A stretch of 64,000 bases of DNA from Piromyces finnis finn (Eukaryota > Fungi > Neocallimastigomycota), in the NCBI GenBank assembly GCA_002104945.1, contig MCFH01000011.1, positions 992,001 to 1,056,000 on the forward strand. Direction: 5' to 3'. Of the stretch, positions 11,946 to 22,259 are shown in pieces. The translations under genes and the position numbers were made by a program. The notes under the pieces are model-generated. The model had not been told where the DNA came from. It ran no database searches and saw nothing but the letters and a program-made list of their open reading frames with translations. Each line of letters starts with the position of its first letter. Position 1 is the first letter of the stretch.

Positions 11946-13304
11946 CTTAGATATACCGTTTTACTTACAATATTTTATAACTTTACTACTGTTATATTCT
12001 TTTGCACCATCTGTCTTGAATGTTTTGACTTTATATTTGTCAAAAGTGTTATTGACATTCTTTAGGAATTCAATAATGATGTCAGGTGCTTCAGATCTTG
12101 ACTTGAGAGTGTAAATCCAAAGTTTTCTTGAATATTCATCCAGCATAGTCATAAAATATTTCTTATTGTTTACGGATGAATTAAACGGGCCTGAAATATC
12201 GGAGTGAATAGTCTCTAGAACTCGTCCGGCTTTAGGTACGGTTTTGTTGTGGGAAGACTCTTAATCTGTGAAATAAATTTAATTAATAAATTTTATTAAT
12301 AAGGTTAACAAAGAGAAAAAGTTACATTGTAAATATTACAGTTATATAATGAGATGTAAGGTCATGTGACTATAGGAAATAAAATAAAATAAATAAAAAA
12401 TAACTATCTCTACAACACGTAGACATTACGTTTACAACACTTTTAATACATGTTTATGTTTTTATAAATCAGTCACGTGTGTTTATAAATATATGATATA
12501 GATAAATAAAATTATGTGTCCATAAATGTTCACATAAATATTACTTAATATAATTTTATAATTTATTTGGAAATAAAATATTGTTGATTTTGAAATTTTA
12601 TAAGTAATTTCACAATTTCAAGTGATCTTGAAATTGTAGATTTCACTAGTATTCGTGACATGTATTTGATAATATATAAATTCTTCAAAACAATATAATA
12701 AATTAAATATATATGATTTATTTAAAAAAGTAAAATAAAAATAATTATTCTTATTGAATAACTTCACTTATTATGAAAATTATGCAGAAAATATTATTCA
12801 CAAACCATATTAAACAAGCAAATAATAAAAAAAATAGTAATTTAGAAAAATTAATAATTAATTAGTTACTAAATATTTTTAATGGTTTAATCATTAGTTA
12901 AATAAGGTGGGTAAGTGGTTTATGTAATTTTTATCTAAGAAAAGTATAAATAATAAATATAAATGTATTTATTTATTAATATTGAATTTAATTTAAAAGA
13001 TATTCTTTTAATTTTAAGTTAATGTTTATTAATATTTGATTTATTATTTAATAAATTTATATATTTTATATAAATATATTACATATTAATAAATAAATTA
13101 GAATAGTATTATACTTATTTTTACTCTAAATAAATTTTCTCTCTATTTTTTGTAGATTTATAAAGTTGAAAAATTTAATAATTAACATTTATAATCATTT
13201 ATACCATTATTTCTATTATTTTATATGATTATTAAACATTTATTTAATAATAAATTATTTAAATATAATATATAAATAAAAAAGTTTTTTTTAACTTCCG
13301 AGTG

Positions 13305-13429
13305 CATTTCTCCCATCAATCAGAGTAAGCCCCAATGGTGGTTCTTAGAGAAACGTTGGTTCTTTTTTATTGCTAGGTGGTTGTGACCCACCTGGTCTGT
13401 AATACTGAATCTTCAGCTTTGACGCTCGC
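13305..13429 (-). ncRNA. ncRNA-like segment; possibly the 3' part of RNase MRP RNA (fragment)
   Basis: GC-richer island containing AACCACCATTGGGGCTTACTCTG (similar to the MRP CR-V motif) and hairpin AGGTGG-GTCACAA-CCACCT. About 88% identical by eye to 63469-63594. No 5' CR-I (GAAAGUCCCC-like) motif found. Confidence 0.35.
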
Positions 13430-13651
13430 TTAATTCATGAATATTAGACGAACGTTGTTGTACAATATTTCCAATTATAATCTTAAGCCTCAATCAATTT
13501 GATCAATATCATGAAAGAACAGATAAATTAATTATTTTAAAATGGAGATAAATTCTAAAAATTATTATTACTACCAATATATGAATAAATTATTTCCTAT
13601 AATTTCATTAAAATTATTATTAGAAGCTAAAATAAAGTTTAACTTTAAATT

Positions 13652-13723
13652 TGGAGATATCGGGGATCGAACCCGAGGCTTCTTGCATGCAAAGCAAGCA
13701 CTCTACCACTGAGTTATATCCCC
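13652..13723 (-). tRNA. tRNA-Ala: tRNA-Ala(UGC), identical to 5327-5398
   Basis: Exact reverse complement of the first copy, with different downstream flanks. Confidence 0.97.
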
Positions 13724-13740
13724 AGCTTATTATTTTTTTG

Positions 13741-14361
13741 TGTAAGAATAAATACTTATTATTTATTCTTAGTATTAAACATTACAAATAATTTATTTAG
13801 TTAATAATCATTAATCCATTAGATTATATTAATATATTTATTTATTATTATAGTTATTTGTTAAGTTAAATATTGTAAATATTTATTTAGTTAATAATTA
13901 TTCATTCGCTATATTAGATTAATTAATTTATTTAATTATGTATTTATACATTCATTTATATATATACTTGTATTATAAAAGATAAAACACATACTAATTA
14001 CATTAATAATATTATACAACTATATATTAGTATGTAATAGGAAATCGGATATTAAGGTTTTACCCGTTATCAACGGTTTTACTTAATATTACGATGATTG
14101 GTATGATTAGAATATCAATCAAATAACTTTTTAGGTTTTTCTTCTAGTCTTTTCCTAAAAAGATTCTTGTTAAGATTAGAATGTTCTTAGAAATTTTAAT
14201 TTAATAGAATAAAACATATAAATAGTACTCTTGAGTTCGATTTGAGAAATCAAGAGTTATTATTATAAGATTAATTATAATAAATAACTTTATACAAAAT
14301 AATAAGTAATAAAATAAATATTAAAAAAAAACTATTAAATACACAAAATAATTCTGATACA
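13741..14361 (+). mobile_element. Solo LTR family F, starting 17 nt upstream of tRNA-Ala
   Basis: TGTAAGAA..GATACA, candidate 4-bp TSD TTTG. Internal motifs GGAAATCGGATATT and ACTCTTGA..TCAAGAGT are shared with 26608-27267 and 36365-36950. The right end is less certain. Confidence 0.65.
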
Positions 14362-14513
14362 TTTGGTTTCGTTTATTATAATTTCTTATAATAAACTCAT
14401 TAAGTTAAGTTTCTAATTTTACCTTTATTTTCACATTTTAATAATAGTTTATATTATTAATTTAAAGCTAATAATTATTATTATATAATAAATATAATAT
14501 AATTATTACATTT

Positions 14514-15136
14514 TGGTACACCACATTCAGAAAAATGCAATAAATCCATATATTTGGTAAATGAAATAACCCTTATAATATATATGGATTTAAATATTTT
14601 TATTTAATAAATTTATATAACGATAGTAATAATAAGAATGGTAAATTAAATTAAATTAATAACTTATAAATAATTTATTAAAGTAAAATAAACTTTTTAT
14701 AATTTAATATGATAAAAATATAATTATATAAGGAAGAGAAAGACGCGTATATATATAAAAAAAAGAAAAGAAGAGTTTTTAGTTTTTAGTTAGTTTTAGT
14801 TAGTTTATATTAGTTATATTATAAATAAAATAAAGATAAGGTGATAATAATAGAAGAATAAATAATATTATTGTTAGATTTAGTGAAGGAATTAATAATA
14901 ATATTAGTTTATTTTCTAAGATTATACCTATTTTTAAAACAAATGATAATATAAAATAATAATAAATAATACTTATAAATAATAAAGCTTGTAATAAAAA
15001 TAATAAAATAATAAACAAAATAATAAAATAATATATAATCAAAAAATATTCATCTAGAATATAAATTTGTTATTTATAACTGTTGTAGTGTCCCAAACAA
15101 TAAAGAAAAAGGTACTTATAATAAAATTCTGTACCA
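14514..15136. mobile_element. Putative orphan LTR (family K)
   Basis: 7-bp terminal inverted repeat TGGTACA..TGTACCA and LTR-like composition. Flanks (ATTT/TTAA) do not form a TSD. Confidence 0.4.
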
Positions 15137-15713
15137 TTAATGATACGTGATAAAATTATATAGTTAAAAATATTAAATTTATATAGTTATTTTTAAGGGT
15201 TAGCAATTATTTAAGAAAAATAATAATTTAATCTATTATTGAATAACCAATAAAATATTATAAAAATTTTATATAAAAATAACAAAAATTCACTTTTATT
15301 AAGAAAGGAGAGTTCTTTGATAAATATAATTAATTATTGAGAATTTTTATATCTGTTTTAACTAAAAATATTTTTTATATTAAATATATAAATGTACTTA
15401 AAATTATTTTTATTAATAAAATAAAAGAGAAAGTTACAAATAAGATTTTTTTTTTTTTTGTTTAATCCTTTTTTTTTCTTATATTCAAATACTTTGTGTA
15501 TAAATTGTTAAAAATAATAAAAGTAAAAGCAAAATAATTAATAACACTAAAAAATAATTATTAGTTATAATATAAATAAATATACAAATAATCATTTTTT
15601 TTATTCTTTTATTAGAATATATTATTTTGTATAAATCCCTTTTGTTCGACTCCTGGAAATAAAATAAATAATTAAATTTATGGTATTATTAAATAATACG
15701 TACCATAAATTTT

Positions 15714-15730
15714 TGGTGGAGAATCCGGGC
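15714..15730 (+). other. Primer-binding site complementary to a tRNA-Ala 3' end (element I)
   Basis: TGGTGGAGAATCCGGGC = complement of GCCCGGATTCTCCACCA (U70, A73). It matches a different isoacceptor from the local UGC genes. Confidence 0.85.
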
Positions 15731-15859
15731 GAGCAAAACAAAATAATATGAAAAACAATAAAAGATAATAATAATATTTAGAAGAACTTATATATATATA
15801 TATATAAAAAAAAAAAAAGGAAATATAAATATATAAATAATAAATAAATAAAAAAAAAA

Positions 15860-17110
15860 ATGATGGATGCATCAAAATTACAAAGGGCTATCCCACAGTT
15901 AAATGAATATGGAAAGGATGTGGATAGTTGGATGGAAGAATTTTCTCGGATAATGGAAATCTATGACATAACTGAGCCTAGAAGAATTTTTATATGGGCT
16001 AAGGAGGCTGTTGACTGTGATATTAAAGAAGTATTAAATTCTTTAGTAAAAAGGAGAAACAACGAAATGCATTACCCAAAATTCAAAGAAATCCAAGTAG
16101 CCATAGAAGAGTACTTAGAGATAACTCCTAATGAAAAATGTTCTAACCTAAAACTTCTGAAAATTAGGGATAATGAAACAATAAAAAATTTCAACTATAG
16201 ATATTTAAAATTATACCATCATTTAGATCATGATTATATGAGGTTGATATCTGTAGAAGATTATTTAAATGCTATTAAAACGAGAGTATATCCACACTCT
16301 CAGGTTATTATTTCAGAATGTGAAACATTAACAGAAGCTTTTAAAGTGGCTGAAAGAGCTGAAAAGGCCGAGAAGAAAACAATGAATAATAATTATATTA
16401 ACAACAATAATAATGCTAATACTGCTAACATAAACATGTTAACCCAAAACTATGGATATTCCTCTCTTTTGAATCATCCAATATATAGTACCCTTACTAA
16501 TCATAGCTACCCAGATGATTATCCTAATATGAATTATGGAAGAAATTATAAGAATATGGATATGTACGATCAACCTAGAAATTTTTACAATAATCATAAT
16601 AATTATAATAATCACTTAGGGTATAGTAATTACAACACTTATGAAAATAGTCCTAACCTCAATAATAGTGGCAATCCTAGAAACAATAATCGATTCGGAA
16701 ATATTAACAAAATAGGATATATTAAAAACGCTAATAATTTTAATCAAACCAAATTTAGTAATTTTCGCAATTTCAATAATAATAACTCTAATAATGGAAA
16801 TATTGAATTTAATAAAGATGAAAATGGAAATATTAATGCAGATAATCACCAAGGATATAATAATAATATTAATTATAATAGAAATAATACTATTAGTGGA
16901 GGGTATAATTCTAACCCTGGCTTACAAAACAATACTTATGGTAATAAGCTTAGGGCCATTCAGTGCTATAGATGTAAACAGCATGGTCACAAAGCCAGTG
17001 TCTGTCCATATTCTATGGAACAGATTAGGATGTTTCAAAACGGTACTAATAATAAAGAAGTAAATAATAAAGATGGAATTAACAATGTTAAGCATTTAAA
17101 CTCCAATTAG
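15860..17110 (+). CDS. gag: Gag with CCHC zinc knuckle (element I)
   Basis: 416-aa ORF with CYRCKQHGHKASVC; homologous to ORF 34349-35347. Confidence 0.9.
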   Translation: MMDASKLQRAIPQLNEYGKDVDSWMEEFSRIMEIYDITEPRRIFIWAKEAVDCDIKEVLNSLVKRRNNEMHYPKFKEIQVAIEEYLEITPNEKCSNLKLLKIRDNETIKNFNYRYLKLYHHLDHDYMRLISVEDYLNAIKTRVYPHSQVIISECETLTEAFKVAERAEKAEKKTMNNNYINNNNNANTANINMLTQNYGYSSLLNHPIYSTLTNHSYPDDYPNMNYGRNYKNMDMYDQPRNFYNNHNNYNNHLGYSNYNTYENSPNLNNSGNPRNNNRFGNINKIGYIKNANNFNQTKFSNFRNFNNNNSNNGNIEFNKDENGNINADNHQGYNNNINYNRNNTISGGYNSNPGLQNNTYGNKLRAIQCYRCKQHGHKASVCPYSMEQIRMFQNGTNNKEVNNKDGINNVKHLNSN

Positions 17111-17127
17111 GGAGAAGGATAACTCCC
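17095..17127 (+). promoter_or_regulatory. -1 ribosomal frameshift signal (element I)
   Basis: T TTA AAC in gag frame, 8-nt spacer, hairpin GGGAG-AAGGATAA-CTCCC. The -1 frame stays open into ORF 17380. Confidence 0.8.
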
Positions 17128-20100
17128 AATAATCAAACCGTCATTAATGGAAAATATAATGAAAATAAAGATAATAAAAATATAAATTTATTCAATTATT
17201 CAAATAATAAAAATCCACTTTATAATAATGATAATATACAGTATTCTAATAATCAATATGAAAATAATACTAATTATGCTCAAAAAGAGATTAATTTAAA
17301 TAATAAGAATACTACTTCTTACGGAACTAGTTTTAATTATTCCAACAATGAAAAGTATAAAGCTGAAAATAATAATGGGATGAATACTGATTATTCTATG
17401 AATGTATCAAACCAGAATGGAATTAGTGATATGTACCCTGAAATTGTTGCTGTTGCTACTAGAAAGAATAAGAATAATGATAAGAAAACATTTATCCCAT
17501 ATAAAGTACCACCGGGTAAATTAAAAGATAATCCTGTACCAATATCTACCGCGGCAATGAATCACAATAAAACTGATATAAATGATGACGACGAAGTAGT
17601 CCCACTTACAAGCGAGATAGATATGGAGATGAATGAACCAGTAAATATTAATAACCCTAAAGTAAATAATACTGATAATCATGAAGATCAACTTAATAAT
17701 GAAAAGGATAAGAGCAGTAGTGATGAGCAAGGTGAACCAACAAAGAAAAGTAATCCTACTGTCAAATCAGGAAAAAGAATACATGCTGATAAAATTAGTG
17801 AAAATAACTCTAACTATATTGATGATGAAATTGGAAATAAATTGAGGAAAGATAATATTACAACATTTGATAATAGTTATAAAACAAAACCAACCAATCC
17901 TAAGAGGAAAAATTCCTATAATGACACTACTGATGATGACGCTCAATCTGATAAGAAAAGGAAAACAGAAAAATTGCAGTTTCTTGATTTGTCATTTATT
18001 AATCAACCTAATATAACAAATGCAAAGAAGAAAAATAAGTTAGATAGAATAAACGAACTTTCAAATCTAGTTAGTGAAATTAATGAAGATAATAATAAAG
18101 CAGATGAATCATTGACTAAAAATGAAAAGCATATTAAAATACTTGAAAAGTTGGAAAACATGTACATTGAAGATTTGATTCGGGATATTGTATCAACGGA
18201 AGTCAAAACTAAGTTAGTAAATTTGCTAGACTGGTTCCCTAAATTTAGAAGTGAATTTATAAAATCTTTAAAGTTAACTTCATTTAAAAACCCAGCATTA
18301 AATGTTATGTCACTTTTTAGTAGAAATAAAATTATTAAAGTACCTGGTGAAGTTGAAAATAATAATGCTGAAATTTTCTTGGATACCTGCTCTAGTGTTA
18401 ATTTAATTACTAAATCAGCATTAAAGAAATTTCAAATCAACAAACCTTGTATTGGTACAATTACTGAAACTTTTCTACAAGCCTTCTCTAATAATAATTC
18501 AAATTCTAGTATTTATGAATTAAGTATAAAAATCGGTGATCTTACCTTTTCTGAATATTTTAGACTAGTAGACAAAGATGACATTTTTGATATACTAATT
18601 GGGGTTGATTCTTTAAAAAGAAATCGATTTGTTATTAACTTAGTGGATGATACTTTATATTTTATGGATTTAAGTAATAATCCAATTAAACTTACCAATT
18701 TGTGCTACGATATTAATATATACAATAATGGAAATGACAATAATCAAACTGAAGTTAATGATGATAAAGAACAGATTAATACTGATAATGTTAAGCACAC
18801 TAATTTTGATGATTATTACCTTTCAACTTATGGGATATTACCAGCATTAATTACAGTCACTACGTCACTAGTGAATCAACTACTAATAATCAAGGTTTAG
18901 ATATAAAATTGAATAATTTAGAAATTAAAAGAAACATAATAAATAATATTATTACTGTATTACCTTTGGATATTCAAAACAAGATGAAGGATGTCTTTAA
19001 CAACTTTATGGAGGTAATAGCCATTAAAACAGATGATTTAGGTAAGACTAAATTACTTCCTCATCATATTGACTTGCTACCAAATACTAAACCGATTAAA
19101 CAGAGAGCCTATAGATTACCGAAAGTTAAAGCTGATGCTCTAAAGGTAGAACTTACTAAGCTCATAGAGAATGGTCTTATTGAACCATCCCATTCACCTT
19201 GGTCTTCACCTGTAGTTTTGGTTCCGAAAAAGAATAACCAAGTAAGAATGTGTGTAGATTACCGAATGTTGAATAATTTTACAATTAAAGACTCCTATGC
19301 TCTCCCCCTTATAGACGACATTCTGTATTATGTAGGTAATAATGCCGCAGTTTTAAGTACTATTGATTTGTTCTCAGGATACCATCAGATTCCAATGCAT
19401 CCTGATGATAAAGATAAAACTTGTTTTACCACTATTTTTGGTAATTATAATTTTGTTGTTATGCCCTTCGGTTTGTGTAATGCACCTGCGACTTTCCAAA
19501 GGGAAATGAACAGAATATTTTTTGATTTAATTGGAAAGTCTGTGTTCGTTTATATTGATGATTTAGTTATTTTTTCTAATTCTCTAGAACAACATGTCAC
19601 TGACTTAGCTTCTGTATTTCAAATTTTAAAAGATAATGGTTTGAAAATAAATATTGATAAATGTAATTTCTTTAAGCAAGAAGTTGAATTATTAGGTCAT
19701 CTACTTTCTGTTGATGGTTTAAAACCTTTGGACTCGAAAATAAATGTTATATTAAATTGGATTCCACCTAAAAACATTAAACAACTTCGTTCCTTTTTAG
19801 GTGCAGTTGGGTATTACCGTAAGTTTATTTCTAACTTTGCACAAGTAGCTCAACCACTATACGAGCTCACTAAAAAAGGTATTCCTTACGAATGGTCCGA
19901 TTCTTGTTCTAATTCTTTTGAAAATTTAAAATTAAAGTTAGCTTCGGCTCCAATTCTTTCTCCGCCTGATTTTAGCAAACCCTTTATTATAAGAACGGAT
20001 GCTTCTAGAAGTGGTATCGGTGGTGTTTTAATACAATTGGACAAAGATAAATTTGAGAAACCATTATACTACCAGAGTCGTACCCTATCTGATACTGAAA

Positions 20101-21808
20101 GACATTATAGTATTACTGAACTTGAGGGAACTGCCGCCTATTATTGTGTTATGAAATTTAAATCATTTATTACAGGTAATAATTTTGATACTTTATTAAT
20201 TACAGATCACAAACCTTTAGTCAGCATTTTCAAAAATAAGGAACCAACAACAAGCCGCCACATAAAATGGATTACTGAATTTAGTGCATTAAGGGTGATT
20301 GTTCAATTTGAGGAGGGGAAGAAGAATGTTCTAGCAGACGCTTTATCTAGAATGGAGAGTTCTCAAACCCCTGTAATTATTAATAATGATGAAAAAAAAA
20401 TAGTAAAAATAATATTTCTGAATTTAATAATGCTAATGATTATTCTAATGAAGTTGGAAATAAAAATAAAATAGTTACTACAAAAAGTAAAATAAAAAAG
20501 AAAGTTAGATTTGATGACGATATTATAAATGTTAGTAAAAATGTTGATATTAGTAAAGAAATAGCAAACGTGATAGTTGAAAATAAAGACGTAAATGGAG
20601 ATATTCGTGTAGGTGATAGTAATGAACAAAGAGTAATGTTAAATAATTTTTTCAATGACTTTATAAAAAAAAGAATTATTTTAATTGATGGAATAGAATA
20701 TTATAAACATGGAGATAATTTTAGGAAAATAATTACTGATAATAATGAGAAAATCCGATTAATAGCTCAAGCTCATGCAATAGGACATGAAGGTATTTAT
20801 AAAACATATCATAGGTTATGTAGAGATTATTATTGGAAAGGAATGTCTAAAGATATAAAATTATTCATCAAAGGTTGCCATAAATGTCAAACATGTAAAG
20901 TGCAACCATTAAATAAATATCCTGAAAATATTGCTACTCCACCAGAACTTCCTTTTACTCGTGTTAGTTTGGACTTAATAGGACCTTTAAATACCACTAA
21001 AAGAGGCTCAAGGTATATTATTGCTTTAGTGGACTATATGACTAAATGGGTAGAGGCTTCCCCATTAATAAAAACTGAATCTGAAGATGTGATAAGATTT
21101 TTAACGGAAGTGTTTTGTAGGCATGGTATTCCAGAAGTCTTGGTTACAGATAATGGACCACAATTTAGTTCAGATAGAACTAAAGCATTCCTAGATCTTA
21201 ATGATGTGTTTGTACAATATATTACAACTTACCATCCTGCTTCAAATGGACAAATTGAAAACAGAAATAAAGAAATTTCAAAATATTTAAGAGTGTTAGG
21301 AAAAAATAATGAAGAATGGGACGATATATTACCTAGCGCTTTATGGGCACTTCGAACTGCTAAAAATGAAGTAACAAAATTTAGTAGTTTTGAATTATTA
21401 TATGGTCGCAGAGATATGCAACCATTTGAATTATCAATAAATTTAGATAAAAAAGGACCTGAAGAAACAGATGATGAATACTACCTTAGAAAATTTATTA
21501 CTCACCATAACTGGATTCAGGAAGCAATAAACAATATTGAGACTGCAAATGAGGTTTGGAGGGATAGAAGAAAACAAATAAGGAGATTAAGAAGTGAATT
21601 TAAACCCGGAGACCTTGTTTTGATAAAACACTTCAATCGTCGAAAATTGGACCCGTACTTTATTGGACCTTTAAAAATTATTAAACGACAATTCAACACT
21701 GTGACGGTATGTGACCCACAGACAGGGGAAATAGCCGAACGCAATATTCACCTTAAAAATATAATTCCGTATTATACCTCTTATGTAGGATATGTAAATG
21801 AAGAATGA
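17095..21808 (+). pseudogene. pol: Pol (N-rich spacer-protease-RT-RNase H-integrase) of element I, broken by two frameshifts
   Basis: ORFs 17380-18900 (FLDTCSS), 18909-20474 (YIDD, TDAS) and 20570-21808 (HHCC, DDE, GP motif). Breaks fall at an 8-nt tandem duplication (~18857-18875) and an A-run (~20392-20400). Confidence 0.9.
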
Positions 21809-21827
21809 AAAGTGAAATTTTAAGGAA

Positions 21828-21831
<4 letters not shown>

Positions 21832-21888
<57 letters not shown>

Positions 21889-21904
21889 AAATAAAATAAA
21901 ATAA

Positions 21905-21940
<36 letters not shown>

Positions 21941-21960
21941 AATAAATAATAAATGATAAT
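21832..21960 (+). repeat. Poly(A) of ~55 nt followed by (TAAAA)n, (TAA)n and (TAAA)n microsatellites in the 3' UTR of element I
   Basis: Read directly from sequence. Confidence 0.9.
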
Positions 21961-22222
21961 AAATAATACTAATAAATGATAGTAGTAATCATAATAAATA
22001 AACAATATTACAAATATATATAAAAATTTAATACTTACAAAAATAATTTAAAAGAATTTCAGTTGATGGAAAAATACATTTCAATTAATAGTAATTGTGA
22101 AATTTCAAAATTTCAAAATTTCAAAATTCAAATTGTAAATTTGATCAAATAATAATTAATAATTTTAATATAATAATTATAAATAATAATTATAATAATA
22201 ATTTTTATTTAGTATATATATA

Positions 22223-22259
<37 letters not shown>

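Larger units (their letters stand above)
9852..12262 (-). pseudogene. pol: Copia integrase remnant, split by LTR insertion 10530-11945
   Basis: Translates VLETIHSDISGP, MLDEYSRKLWIYTLKSRSE, FKTDGAKEY and, after the insertion, SPPYVHELNGKAER. Contains a TAA stop at 11961. Confidence 0.88.
6454..12534 (-). mobile_element. Ty1/Copia LTR retrotransposon, internally deleted (no PBS, gag or protease) and carrying nested solo LTRs
   Basis: LTRs 6454-6724 and 12267-12534 (~270 bp, TGTGAA..TTCACA), TSD TAAAT, PPT GAAGGGGAG before the 3' LTR, IN-RT-RNase H domain order. Confidence 0.93.
5546..12660 (+). mobile_element. Solo LTR family A, split by a Copia insertion (strand arbitrary)
   Basis: TGTAAAAG..TCGTGACA. 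The halves rejoin to a ~1030-bp unit matching 37000-38027. Flanks TATAT/TGTAT (TSD with one mismatch). Confidence 0.88.
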
